A stretch of DNA of 53,752 bases from Candidatus Parcubacteria bacterium. GTDB taxonomy: Bacteria; Patescibacteriota; Minisyncoccia; JAHIHE01; JAGLIN01. The stretch spans positions 1-53,752 of the forward strand of contig JAGLXN010000008.1 of assembly GCA_023132875.1 (NCBI GenBank), in the 5' to 3' direction. The notes below the pieces were generated by a model. That model saw only the letters and a list, made by a program, of their open reading frames with translations. It was not told where the DNA came from and did no database searches. The stretch's first letter is position 1. Each line of letters starts with the position of its first letter. This document shows, piece by piece, positions 36,829 to 46,436 of this stretch. The position numbers were made by a program, and so were the translations under genes.

Positions 36829-36871
36829 AGAACTGTTTTGCCTGCCTGCCAGACAGGCTGGTAAACAGTTC
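36829..36871. repeat. Hairpin with CCTGCCTGCCAGACAGG in its loop
   Basis: AGAACTGTTT/AAACAGTTCT stem around a 17-mer that matches the reverse complement of 4680-4696 at 16 of 17 positions. Confidence 0.75.
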
Positions 36872-37043
36872 TTTTTGTTTTTAAATTTCGTTTTTCGTTT
36901 TTATAGAAAGGAGATTTATAATACAATTTTGTTTGTTTTCAAAACATTAGAAACGGATTATAAATCTGTTCCCACAATATTTATTCCTACCCCTTGACAA
37001 TTTTTAAAATCTGAGTTATTAAGAAGATAGGAGGGAAAAAATT

Positions 37044-37391
37044 ATGCTAGAAATAGACAGAGAGTTCATGTTTTTATTTCATAAAATATCTGGGAAATTT
37101 CCTCGTGGAACAAAAACAAACATAGAGCAAGAAACATTAACCTTCTTGCGATTCATAAAAAAACACGGGCTAAGAAAAAGAACATTAGAATTTTTAAAAT
37201 CTAAGAAAGAAATTGAGCTTACAGAAAAAACTATACGGCAGCTTACACCAACAGAATCAGACGAAAAAATAAAGGGTTATGAAAATATAGACATAATAAT
37301 CTTAGTTCTTAAAAAAATCATACCAATGGTTTTTAAAAGAAAAGGAATACAAGAAAAAATAAACTTTAAACAATTATTAAATGGACATTAA
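37044..37391 (+). CDS. Small basic hypothetical protein
   Basis: ORF with an AGGAGG RBS and TTGACA upstream; convergent with hpf. Confidence 0.7.
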   Translation: MLEIDREFMFLFHKISGKFPRGTKTNIEQETLTFLRFIKKHGLRKRTLEFLKSKKEIELTEKTIRQLTPTESDEKIKGYENIDIIILVLKKIIPMVFKRKGIQEKINFKQLLNGH

Positions 37392-37402
37392 TGTCCATTT
37401 TT

Positions 37403-37825
37403 TTATTTCCCCTTCCTAATCTTAAACTTCCTAAACTCGCCCTTTGCCCACGCTAAAGGAGAAATTCCTTTCAATTTTTTTATCATTCTTGCTCCCCTTC
37501 TTATTCTTGAGGTTCTTTCGTCTTTATAACTATTTATCATTTCTCTGAGCTCGTCTTTCACTTTATCAATTGATTTATAAATATCATCGCTTTCATCAAC
37601 ACTCCTAATCATTTTTCCCGGAAATTGTAAATTAACTTCCGCCTTATAAATATCTCCATGCCGATGATGTTGTGTGGTCTTTGCAAGTTCAACTCTGGCT
37701 ATTACACTATTCGTATCTATATTGTCATTTTCAATAAATTTTTTCAATCCACCGATTTTTTCATTAACATATTCTTTTAAATCATTATGAAGCTCCAAAT
37801 TAGTACCTTTGATGATGATATTCAT
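37403..37825 (-). CDS. hpf: Ribosome-associated translation inhibitor RaiA / hibernation factor
   Basis: MNIIIKGTNLEL..LKEYVNEKI, YKAEVNLQFPG and DIYKSID..KDEL..INSYK pattern. Confidence 0.88.
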   Translation of the reverse strand: MNIIIKGTNLELHNDLKEYVNEKIGGLKKFIENDNIDTNSVIARVELAKTTQHHRHGDIYKAEVNLQFPGKMIRSVDESDDIYKSIDKVKDELREMINSYKDERTSRIRRGARMIKKLKGISPLAWAKGEFRKFKIRKGK

Positions 37826-37889
37826 TGTTTTTATTTTAGTTAATTACATATCTTATAATAGCATATATTTTGAATTTATCAAGACCTAC

Positions 37890-38010
37890 TGTCATTGCGA
37901 GGAGTGAAGCGGAGCGATAGCGTAGCGGAATGACGAAGCAATCCCGTAACTAAGTTCCTCGCATATAGCCACGGGATTGCTTCGTCGGCTATCGCCTCCT
38001 CGCAATGACA
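37890..38010. repeat. TGTCATTGCGA...TCGCAATGACA element, copy 2
   Basis: Same ends and GACGAAGCAATCCCG/CGGGATTGCTTCGTC core as 13009-13148. Confidence 0.9.
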
Positions 38011-38012
38011 TT

Positions 38013-39263
38013 TCATAATTTATGATTCAATTTATAAAACCACGAAATCAATCCTAATAAAAACACAATTACCCCCGCAATCAAAAAAGTGTTTTGAAAT
38101 CCGATATAAAAAATCATAATGCCACCAAAAAGAGCGCCAATTGCAGGACCAAGGGTTGTTATAACTGTATCTATTGTTGACGCTTCTTCCTGATAATTTT
38201 TAAGCTTCTTGGAAAGCAAAGCGCTTTTTCCACTTTCCATTGTCAACGCGCTAAGTGAGCTAATTACCATTACAAAAAACATTCCTATTAAATTTACTAC
38301 ACTGGCAAAAGTTCCAAGCATAATGGTTATTAACCCCTCTAATGTCATTCCTCCACTAATAGTTTTTGCATCTCTAAATTTCTCAACTATTTTTATAACT
38401 ATTATTGAAAGCGGTAAATAAGCTATAGCAGCCAAAGAAATAAATCTAATAATTTCCTCTTGAGAAAAATGCAACTCTTTTAAAAATAAAACAAAAAAGG
38501 CGCGGTAAATCCCGACTAAAATTAAAGCTGCAAAGAGAGAAGTTAAAATTACAATGAAAGTTTTGTCGGGTTTTATGATATTAAAAATCTTGGTATAATT
38601 TTTTCTTATACTTATTGTGGATGATACTTCCGTAGGCGACACGTCAACGTGTCGCCTACGGGATGATGTCAAATTTCCATTCAACCTCGCATAAGCATAG
38701 ATTGTATTCGCGAACTGAATTATAACACTCAAAACAAAAACACCCGTAAAACCAAATTTCCAAATAACAATTCCTCCAATTACTGGAGCAAACGCCGCGG
38801 CATAATGAGGCATTGAATAAAACCATCCAAAACTTCGGCTATGGCTGTCTGTTTCAGACTTCATTAAAATTAATTTCAAAGATACCAGCCATGCCGCCGC
38901 GGAAAAACCAAGGATTATTTGAGCGATATAAAAAACTGTTAAATTATGGCTTACGATCATCAGTAACGCAAAAATCCCATACCCAAAAATTCCAAACGCC
39001 GCGACTTTTGACGGATTAAATTTGTGGATATAATAATTTATTATTACGGAAGAAATAGCAATAACAGAATAAGTAAGAAGATAAATGCTTCCCACATTCA
39101 TTATTGAAAATCCGATAGAAATTAAAAACAACGGATAATAGAGCGAGAAAAGCTTATATCCGAACATCAATAGAAAATGCACCAGTGAAACATCAAAGGT
39201 GGTTTTTTCCATTTTCGGAAACCAGGAATATAGATTTTGGTGGTTTTCAAGAAGACCAAACAT
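38013..39263 (-). CDS. MFS transporter
   Basis: About 12 hydrophobic helices in two halves; FAPVIGG and GPAIGALFGG motifs. Confidence 0.85.
   Translation of the reverse strand: MFGLLENHQNLYSWFPKMEKTTFDVSLVHFLLMFGYKLFSLYYPLFLISIGFSIMNVGSIYLLTYSVIAISSVIINYYIHKFNPSKVAAFGIFGYGIFALLMIVSHNLTVFYIAQIILGFSAAAWLVSLKLILMKSETDSHSRSFGWFYSMPHYAAAFAPVIGGIVIWKFGFTGVFVLSVIIQFANTIYAYARLNGNLTSSRRRHVDVSPTEVSSTISIRKNYTKIFNIIKPDKTFIVILTSLFAALILVGIYRAFFVLFLKELHFSQEEIIRFISLAAIAYLPLSIIVIKIVEKFRDAKTISGGMTLEGLITIMLGTFASVVNLIGMFFVMVISSLSALTMESGKSALLSKKLKNYQEEASTIDTVITTLGPAIGALFGGIMIFYIGFQNTFLIAGVIVFLLGLISWFYKLNHKL
38630..38661. repeat. GTAG-type palindrome in-frame in the MFS gene
   Basis: CCGTAGGCGACACGT-CA-ACGTGTCGCCTACGG, encoding SRRRHVDVSPT. 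Confidence 0.9.
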
Positions 39264-39289
39264 AGATTTTTTTTATCAGAGTTTTTACA

Positions 39290-39369
39290 GGAGTGACACA
39301 CGAGCGAAGCGGAGTATGTTATAAAACTTCAACAAATAACAAACTACGCTGTAGTTCGTTTGTCACTCC
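39290..39369. repeat. GGAGTGACA..TGTCACTCC inverted-repeat element
   Basis: 9-bp terminal inverted repeat with an internal AACTACGCTGTAGTT hairpin. Confidence 0.55.
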
Positions 39370-39454
39370 GCTTATTTTATCATTTTTCAGACAAAAAAAG
39401 AAGAGGCAACTCATTTGCGATTCACAAAGTCATTATTGCCTCATTAATAATCTC

Positions 39455-40195
39455 TTACTTCATCCTTTCCTCCAGTTTTTTTGTTGCTTCTCCGAGCCGA
39501 TTCCTTAGTCCTTCTAAATGTTTTTGAGATGGTTGATCTTCTCGAAGATAAAAAGATTTGGCTTCAAATAGGTCATTAATACCTCCGGTGACATCGAAAC
39601 CACTTCGAATTTTTGAGGTACCCATATTATTAATAATATTACCAGTATGCCTCAAATTTTCAGGTCGTTGTAGTTCTGTGTGTGAAAGTTTTCCAATCTC
39701 ACTAAAGATTTCCACAGCTTCAAGCCAATTTTTTTCCGCCATTTTCTTTAATCCTCTGGAGTTAATGTGCCGCAGGATTGAAGCGAGTGAAACTTTCTCG
39801 CTTGAGATAATCCTGTTCATCTTATCTATTAGTTGACCAGCTTGTTTTTGATCGTCTAATAGATTGCTCCAGATTACTGATTCTAAATAAAGCAGAGCTA
39901 CTTTATTGTCAGGGTCTGTAAGATAGGTATAGATACTCTCTATCTTAAACGCAAAGTCGTGCCTATCTTCATCTGCAGAGGAGGTCGGAAACTTCAGATG
40001 AAGATAATATTCCGCCCACCAAGAAGATAGCCGAGTTGATACTTTCATATCAGGATCTTCTCCTATCACAACTTTTATTTCCCCTCCTTCTTTGACGACC
40101 TTTTCATATTCTTCTTTTGTCGTTGCTTTTTCATAAAGCTCAGACAATTTATCAGCCAGTTCTTGTTCTTCTTTGTCTTTCTTCATTTCGTTCAC
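39455..40195 (-). CDS. Hypothetical alpha-helical (TPR-like) protein
   Basis: ORF with amphipathic helical patterns such as WLEAVEIFSEI and HTGNIINNMG. Confidence 0.7.
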   Translation of the reverse strand: MNEMKKDKEEQELADKLSELYEKATTKEEYEKVVKEGGEIKVVIGEDPDMKVSTRLSSWWAEYYLHLKFPTSSADEDRHDFAFKIESIYTYLTDPDNKVALLYLESVIWSNLLDDQKQAGQLIDKMNRIISSEKVSLASILRHINSRGLKKMAEKNWLEAVEIFSEIGKLSHTELQRPENLRHTGNIINNMGTSKIRSGFDVTGGINDLFEAKSFYLREDQPSQKHLEGLRNRLGEATKKLEERMK

Positions 40196-40235
40196 CCCAA
40201 ATTTCTATACTTATAATACCAGCAAATCCCTCTCG

Positions 40236-40379
40236 AATTCACCAGTCATGGAAATTTGTTATTGAAATTCTACCCTGTCTTGACAGGGGTTCATGCAAAA
40301 CTATTGATAAATCCCGCTTTCAAACCGCTCTCAAGAGAGCGTAGAATAAACAATACCAAGCTTTCATAACTGGTGAATT
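40236..40379. other. Branched structured element of unknown type
   Basis: Outer stem AATTCACCAGT/ACTGGTGAATT, inner stem TATTG..ATTCTAC/GTAGAAT..CAATA, hairpins at 40273-40288 and 40326-40341. Confidence 0.55.
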
Positions 40380-40411
40380 TTGTTTATTTTTAAAAGAACA
40401 TCTGATTTTGC

Positions 40412-40439
40412 ATTGTATATGAAATGAAAAATATGTCAA
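40412..40439 (-). promoter_or_regulatory. Sigma70-type promoter
   Basis: TTGACA-16 bp-TACAAT. Confidence 0.65.
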
Positions 40440-40534
40440 CCTCCTGTCATTTTAACATACTTAAAACTGTCCCATTCCAAAAGATTAAGCAGAAGATTTT
40501 GTTAAAATGTTAGTATGTTTACATGTTAAAATGA

Positions 40535-41509
40535 TTAGAACCCCACATACTCAATCTCTTCCCTCAACTGAATGCCAAATCTACTTCTAATTTTTTGTTT
40601 AATTAAACTTATCAAAATAACAACATCTTCCGCTTTGGCATTGCCAGTATTAACAATAAAATTACAATGCTTTTCTGAAATCATTGCTCCACCGATTTTT
40701 TTGCCTTTAAATCCTAATTCCTCTATCAGCCACCCAGTAGGAATGGTGTTGTTTTTAGCAATTTTATTTAGCTCTGGATATTCTTTTATTAATTTTGCCA
40801 AATGACTATCGTCAACAACAGGATTTTTAAACACGCTTCCAGCGTTTGGATATTCAAGCGGCTGTTTCTCTGTTCTTAATTTTAAATACTCTTTAATTAC
40901 TTTCCTGCTTTCTGCTTCATCTCCTTTGCTTAATTTTAAAACAGCGCTTAAAATAATATATTTTTTTTCTTCTTTAAAAATGCTACTACGATATTTAAAT
41001 TGACATTCTTTGTTGTTTAATTTTCCAGTTTCCAATTTCTCCGCCCAAGGCGGACCAGCCTCGGGCTGGCAATTTCCAATATCCAATATCTCCACTTCTT
41101 TCACAACATCCTTCATACATTTTCCAAAAGCCCCAACATTATCTACAATCGCCCCGCCTACTGTCCCCGGAATTCCCGCCAAACACTCTAATCCAGTTAA
41201 ATTATTTTTAACAGATTCGCCAATTAATTTTGCTAAAGACAATCCACTACCAACAATAATTCTATTATTCTTAATTCTTAATTCCTGATTCTTAATTCTT
41301 ATTACCAATCCATCAAATCCTTCATCTGAAATTAATAAATTACTCCCGCCACCCAGAACAAAAACATTTAATTTATTTTTCTCCGCGAACTCCAATACTT
41401 CTTTTATTTCATCGTTATTTTCCGCCACGCAAAAATACTTCGCCACTCCGCCGATTTTAAACGAAGTGTATTTTGATAATAAAATGTTTTTTTGAATTTT
41501 AATTGACAT
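40535..41509 (-). CDS. murB: UDP-N-acetylmuramate dehydrogenase
   Basis: TSFKIGG.A, LGGGSNLL, IPGTVGGA, YRSSIF, AGSVFKNP and HCNFIVN motifs; start at MSIKI (41509) preferred. Confidence 0.95.
   Translation of the reverse strand: MSIKIQKNILLSKYTSFKIGGVAKYFCVAENNDEIKEVLEFAEKNKLNVFVLGGGSNLLISDEGFDGLVIRIKNQELRIKNNRIIVGSGLSLAKLIGESVKNNLTGLECLAGIPGTVGGAIVDNVGAFGKCMKDVVKEVEILDIGNCQPEAGPPWAEKLETGKLNNKECQFKYRSSIFKEEKKYIILSAVLKLSKGDEAESRKVIKEYLKLRTEKQPLEYPNAGSVFKNPVVDDSHLAKLIKEYPELNKIAKNNTIPTGWLIEELGFKGKKIGGAMISEKHCNFIVNTGNAKAEDVVILISLIKQKIRSRFGIQLREEIEYVGF
41041..41069. repeat. 29-bp double-hairpin element in-frame in murB
   Basis: Reverse complement CCAGCCCGAGGCTGGTCCGCCTTGGGCGG matches 4585-4613 at 28 of 29 positions; encodes QPEAGPPWAE. 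Confidence 0.92.
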
Positions 41510-41699
41510 ATTTTTGATTTGTAATAAAATATTTATAAGAGGTGAAACAAATAATGTACGGAGATATTGGAACACGACGAGAAGGAATACTTGAAAGGGC
41601 AGAAAGACTTCGTAGAAACTTTCCTAATTGGGCATTTAATTGGAAAAAAGAAACAACAACTAAGAAAGGTACCTTTTAAATAAACCTTTCTTTTTTTAT

Positions 41700-41830
41700 T
41701 GTCATCCCAGAATTTTTTCTGGAATCCAGTTTATCTCACTTTATTAAAATTATACGAGAGATATTGTTTATTGAAACTTACTGGATTCCCGCCGGAGTTT
41801 ATGCTGAATTTATTTCAGTGCAAGAACGAC
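41700..41830. repeat. GTCATCCC..GGAATCCAG/CTGGATTCCC palindromic element
   Basis: GTCAT start, GGAATCCAG/CTGGATTCC stem and internal TGCTGAATTTATTTCAG hairpin. Confidence 0.7.
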
Positions 41831-41839
41831 AATATTTTT

Positions 41840-43591
41840 TTACCCATCGCTTTCTCCCAACGACTGCAATGTGAAGAGCTTATAATATAGCTCTTTATTT
41901 TTTATCAACTCTTCGTGCTTTCCTTCTTCCACAATCTCGCCTTTGTCAATTACTAAAATTTTATCCGCATGCATGATTGTGCTTAGGCGATGGGCGATAA
42001 CAAAAGTTGTTCTGCCGGTAATCAATCTTTTTAATGCCTGCTGGACTAACAATTCTGATTTAGAATCCAGCGCCGAAGTTGCTTCGTCTAAAATTAAAAT
42101 CTTCGGATCTTTCAAAATTGCGCGCGCGATTGCCACGCGCTGTTTTTGTCCGGTGGATAATTTTACTCCCCGTTCTCCCACCTCCTGATTTATTTTGTCT
42201 GGAAAATTATTTATAAACTCATCCGCGTTCGCCGCTCTGATAGCTTCATTTATTTCCTGATCAGTCGCATTTAATTTTCCATAAATAATATTATTTTTCA
42301 AAGTATCATTAAACAAACTCACTTCCTGCGGGACAATTGCGATATTTTGCCTTAAACTTCTCAAATCAATTTTTTGAATATCAATCCCGTCTAAAAATAT
42401 TTTTCCTGAAGTCGGAATATTATACCGTGAAATCAAATCCATCATCGTTGATTTCCCAACTCCGCTCTCGCCGACCAAAGCGACAACTTTTCCCGGATTT
42501 ATTTCAAAACTAATGTCTTTTAAAATACGCCTTGTTTCGTGATAACAAAAATTGATTTTCCGGAACTCCATCTCACCTTTTATATCTTTTAATTTTACCG
42601 CGCCTTTTTGATTATATGGTTCTGTTTCCTCGTCAAGCAATTCATAGCCGTGTCTTACAATTCCCATCCATCTTCTAAAGCGGTTTATATGTAGTCCTAA
42701 CTCTCTCATTGGAATACTCATCAGTCCCAAATAACCGACAACTGTTACAATTTGTCCCACCGTTATTACGCCATTTTTAAACATTACCATAACGGCAACA
42801 AATAAAACAAAAATTCCAATAGCCAAAGAAGCATCTTGGAAAAAGGAGGTTTTATTCAACACTAAAAGAAATTTCTTAAAATATTTTTGGGTTTTATTTT
42901 TAAAAACTTCCGAAACTTTTCTATTCTCATATTTTTCTCTTGAATTTGCTTTGACTAATTGGATATTAGAAATTGAGTCGTGAGTGAAACCAAAAGCATT
43001 TTCATACGATTTTTGTGTTTCAATAATTGAATCAGTGATAGGCTTTGAATATTTTAATGTAACAAGAATATAAACCAAGATATTTATCGCGATTATAAGA
43101 AAAAGAGACCAATGAACAAACACTGCCATAAACACCAGAATAAATAAAAGCATCAGTATACTGGGAATAAACCAGATTATTTCAAACAATATACTTTCCA
43201 AGGCATCAGACGCCTTAATATAACGAGAAGCCAATTTGCCGCTTTTTTGCTTTTTGTGATATTGCGGTTTTAATTTTAGCGTGTGTTCATTAAGAATTAA
43301 TACAAAATCATGCATACACTTTATTCCTACTCCCATCCCGTGAATAGAAACATACCTTTTTCCCAAATCCCTAATAAAACTTAGAATCAACCATAAAAAT
43401 AAAATCCAAAAAATCACAGACATTGCTTCACCAGTAATAATCAAATCAACAATTTTTCCATAAATATATGGAATTATTGCCTCAATCATAGAAGCAAAAA
43501 TCGCCACAACAAAAATAGCATAGACTTGCTTTTTATACTTTGACAAAAACCTCCAGATAATTTTCAGATCGTCAATAAATTCCATAAACAA
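41840..43591 (-). CDS. ABC exporter, fused permease/ATP-binding (MsbA-like)
   Basis: TM domain plus GESGVGKS, LSTGQKQR, ILDEATSALD and IAHRLST motifs. Confidence 0.93.
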   Translation of the reverse strand: MFMEFIDDLKIIWRFLSKYKKQVYAIFVVAIFASMIEAIIPYIYGKIVDLIITGEAMSVIFWILFLWLILSFIRDLGKRYVSIHGMGVGIKCMHDFVLILNEHTLKLKPQYHKKQKSGKLASRYIKASDALESILFEIIWFIPSILMLLFILVFMAVFVHWSLFLIIAINILVYILVTLKYSKPITDSIIETQKSYENAFGFTHDSISNIQLVKANSREKYENRKVSEVFKNKTQKYFKKFLLVLNKTSFFQDASLAIGIFVLFVAVMVMFKNGVITVGQIVTVVGYLGLMSIPMRELGLHINRFRRWMGIVRHGYELLDEETEPYNQKGAVKLKDIKGEMEFRKINFCYHETRRILKDISFEINPGKVVALVGESGVGKSTMMDLISRYNIPTSGKIFLDGIDIQKIDLRSLRQNIAIVPQEVSLFNDTLKNNIIYGKLNATDQEINEAIRAANADEFINNFPDKINQEVGERGVKLSTGQKQRVAIARAILKDPKILILDEATSALDSKSELLVQQALKRLITGRTTFVIAHRLSTIMHADKILVIDKGEIVEEGKHEELIKNKELYYKLFTLQSLGESDG

Positions 43592-43693
43592 TATAACATT
43601 TATTTTAATCTTAATACCATGTACAGTCTATGGTATTAATTGTCAATTTACTAAAATATTTTTATTTAAATATCTTATTATCGCATCTTATTT

Positions 43694-45151
43694 CTATCCT
43701 ACCAATACATCTGCTACTTTGTATATATCCCCCGCTCCCATAATTAATAATATATCATCTGGTTTTATTTTCTCATCAATTAATTTTCTTGTTTCTTCCA
43801 AATTTTCAGCGTAGAAAATTTCTCCAGAAGGCGACACGTCGACGTGTCGCCTTCGTTTTATATCTTCCACTAAATCTAAAGAACTAATATTTTGATCGTC
43901 GCTTTCTTCACGACCAGCTACATCAAATATTTCCGCTAAAATAACAACATCCGCCCCGTCAAAACTGTTTAAAAAATCTTTATATAATTTTTTAGTCCGA
44001 TTGTGCTGATGCGGTTGGAAGACAGTGAAGATTCTTTTATTGGGATAAAATTGCCTTGCCGCTTCTATCGTCGCTTTAACCGCCGTCGGATGGTGCGCGT
44101 AATCAGAAATCACTAAGGCATTTTTATATTTCCCTTTTATTTCAAACCGCCGCCAAATCCCTGAGAAATTTAACAATGATCTTTTTATAATTTCAACTGA
44201 AATATTTAGAGTAAATCCTAAAGCAATTACTCCCAAAACATTATAAACATTAAACAGCCCCGGCACTTTCAAAACAAACTCGCCCAGATCTTTATTATTA
44301 TAAACCACTTTAAATTTAGTTTCTCCATTTTTAAATTCAATGTCACAACCCCGCACATTATTATTTTTATTTAAACCAAAGGATAGTGTTTTGAATTTGT
44401 AATTTTGAATTTGTAATTTATTTGTTATTTGTAATTTTTTCGCCCAAGGCGGACCAGCTTCGGACTGGGAATTTGTAATTTCCTCATCATCGCCATTATA
44501 TATTAGCGTTCCATCTTCCGGCAAATGCGAGATAAATTCCCTGAACGCGTTTTTAAAATCTTTAATGTCTTTATAATAATCCGTATGATCAAGTTCTATA
44601 TTATTTAAAATAATTATTTTAGGATATAAATTTAAAAATGACCTTTCGTACTCGCACGCCTCAGCAACAAAATATTTGCTTTTTCCAACTCTTAAATTGC
44701 CATCATATTTTGGCATGATACTCCCCACAATAATAGACGGATCAATTCCGGCATCATCTAAAAGTAATCCCGCCATCGCAGAAACTGACGATTTTCCATG
44801 CGTCCCGCAAATTGCAATTCCGTATTTATCATTAAAAACAAGCCCAAGAGATTCAGGATAAGTGATTGTTTTTATTTTTAATTCTTTTGCTCTTCTTAAT
44901 TCAGGATTATCTTTTGGAACAGCAGTTGTATAAATTACCAAACCTGTATCTTGAGAAATATTTTCTTCCGACTGTCCTATATAAATTTTAACTCCCAATT
45001 TTTCTAATTTTTCCGTCATCAAAGAAGGGCTCATATCCGAGCCACTTACTTCTCTGCCCTTTTCTTTCATAAGTCTGGCAATCGCGCTTAGTCCTATTCC
45101 TCCGATACCTATAAAATGAATTTTTTTTATTTTATTTAAGTCTATATTCAT
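43694..45151 (-). CDS. murC: UDP-N-acetylmuramate--L-alanine ligase
   Basis: IHFIGIGGIGLSAIA, GTHGKSS, VAEACEY, ELDHTDYY, RRFE, DYAHHPT and FQPHQ motifs. Confidence 0.95.
   Translation of the reverse strand: MNIDLNKIKKIHFIGIGGIGLSAIARLMKEKGREVSGSDMSPSLMTEKLEKLGVKIYIGQSEENISQDTGLVIYTTAVPKDNPELRRAKELKIKTITYPESLGLVFNDKYGIAICGTHGKSSVSAMAGLLLDDAGIDPSIIVGSIMPKYDGNLRVGKSKYFVAEACEYERSFLNLYPKIIILNNIELDHTDYYKDIKDFKNAFREFISHLPEDGTLIYNGDDEEITNSQSEAGPPWAKKLQITNKLQIQNYKFKTLSFGLNKNNNVRGCDIEFKNGETKFKVVYNNKDLGEFVLKVPGLFNVYNVLGVIALGFTLNISVEIIKRSLLNFSGIWRRFEIKGKYKNALVISDYAHHPTAVKATIEAARQFYPNKRIFTVFQPHQHNRTKKLYKDFLNSFDGADVVILAEIFDVAGREESDDQNISSLDLVEDIKRRRHVDVSPSGEIFYAENLEETRKLIDEKIKPDDILLIMGAGDIYKVADVLVG
43827..43854. 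repeat. 28-bp perfect palindrome in-frame in murC
   Basis: GAAGGCGACACGTCGACGTGTCGCCTTC, encoding RRRHVDVSPS. Confidence 0.92.
44440..44468. repeat. 29-bp double-hairpin element in-frame in murC
   Basis: Reverse complement CCAGTCCGAAGCTGGTCCGCCTTGGGCGA, encoding QSEAGPPWA. Confidence 0.9.
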
Positions 45152-45181
45152 AATTCCTTATTCATGATTCATAATTCAATT

Positions 45182-46294
45182 CTATTTAGCTATTTTAATA
45201 ATTTCTTCCGCTATTTTTCTAGCAGCTTCTGGATGGGCTAATCGTCTGGCAGCTCTTTGCATTTCGATGGTCTTTAGATGGCTCTGGAAAATTTCATGTA
45301 TGACATTTAAAAGCAGATGGGGCTTAAGATTTTTCTCGCTTAACAAAATCGCTGCGCCAGATTCGGAATAATGGAACGCATTCTTTTTTTGCTTGTCGCT
45401 TATTGCTGACGCAAGAGGAATTAAAATACTTGGCTTTCCTACGGTCATAATTTCCGCGACAGTGTTTGCGCCCGCCCTGCTGATTACAAGATCACAAGCC
45501 GCGTAAGCATCGCCAGCCCTTTCTCTAAAAAATGGAAATAAATGATAATCATTTAAATTAGGAATGTTCATTTTTTCAACAATTGATTTTACTTTATCAT
45601 AATTAACAATACCGCATTGATGAATAATTTGGTAGCCTTTTAATAAATCGGGAAGAATTTCCAGCACAAGATTATTTATTTCTTCCGCTCCTTTGCTTCC
45701 TGCCATAATAAAAATAATTGGCTTTTCTTTGTTTAGAACAAAATTTTTCATGGATTTTTCTTTATTTCCTTGTGTGATAAAGCTTATTGTGGGATTGCCT
45801 GAAAAAAATACTTTCGGTGAAACATAAATTTCTTTACTATCGCTAAAAGAAACCGCCACCTTTTTCGCAAAACGAAACATAAATTTATCCATAGGGCTCG
45901 CGACTGCGTCAGATTCATGGATAAGTATAGGAATACGAAATATCCAGCCAACTATGATAACAGGCAGGGAAACATGACCGCCTTTTGAAAAAATAACATC
46001 CGGCATATAATTAAAAATATGAATTATAGACTGAAAAAAGCCAATAATAAACTTAAAAAAATCAATAAAAATCAAAGGAGAGAAAGAATTCCTCTGTTTC
46101 GCGGCCTGTATAACCTTATATGGAATTTCTGTTCCTTCAAGCATTTCTTGCAAGAAATGGCTCTTTGAGCTTATCAACATAACCTCTAGAGAATCAAAAT
46201 TAGATTCATCTGCGAGTTTTTTAAGTTTTTCATAAACTGCAATTATCGGATATAGATACCCTTTTAAAGATTCACCAGTAAATAAAATTCTCAT
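45182..46294 (-). CDS. murG: MurG-like glycosyltransferase (GT28)
   Basis: FSKGGHVSLP, IHESD, IHQCG, ISRAGANT and KPSILIPL; lies between ftsW and murC. N-terminal glycine loop is degenerate. Confidence 0.85.
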   Translation of the reverse strand: MRILFTGESLKGYLYPIIAVYEKLKKLADESNFDSLEVMLISSKSHFLQEMLEGTEIPYKVIQAAKQRNSFSPLIFIDFFKFIIGFFQSIIHIFNYMPDVIFSKGGHVSLPVIIVGWIFRIPILIHESDAVASPMDKFMFRFAKKVAVSFSDSKEIYVSPKVFFSGNPTISFITQGNKEKSMKNFVLNKEKPIIFIMAGSKGAEEINNLVLEILPDLLKGYQIIHQCGIVNYDKVKSIVEKMNIPNLNDYHLFPFFRERAGDAYAACDLVISRAGANTVAEIMTVGKPSILIPLASAISDKQKKNAFHYSESGAAILLSEKNLKPHLLLNVIHEIFQSHLKTIEMQRAARRLAHPEAARKIAEEIIKIAK

Positions 46295-46436
46295 ATATTT
46301 ATATTAAATTGTTATATTGTTATATTACCATTTTTTAAGCAAAAAAAGAAGGGGGTGTATTAAGTATTTAGTATTTAGTATCAAGTAAAATTGGTTAAAT
46401 GTTTCTGCTAAATACTAGATACTGTATACTGTATAT

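Noticed and set aside
41554-41679. 41-codon plus-strand ORF with GAGGTG upstream (MYGDIGTRREG...)
   Set aside because: A second frame is equally open and no motif is recognisable; cannot choose without homology or Ribo-seq data.
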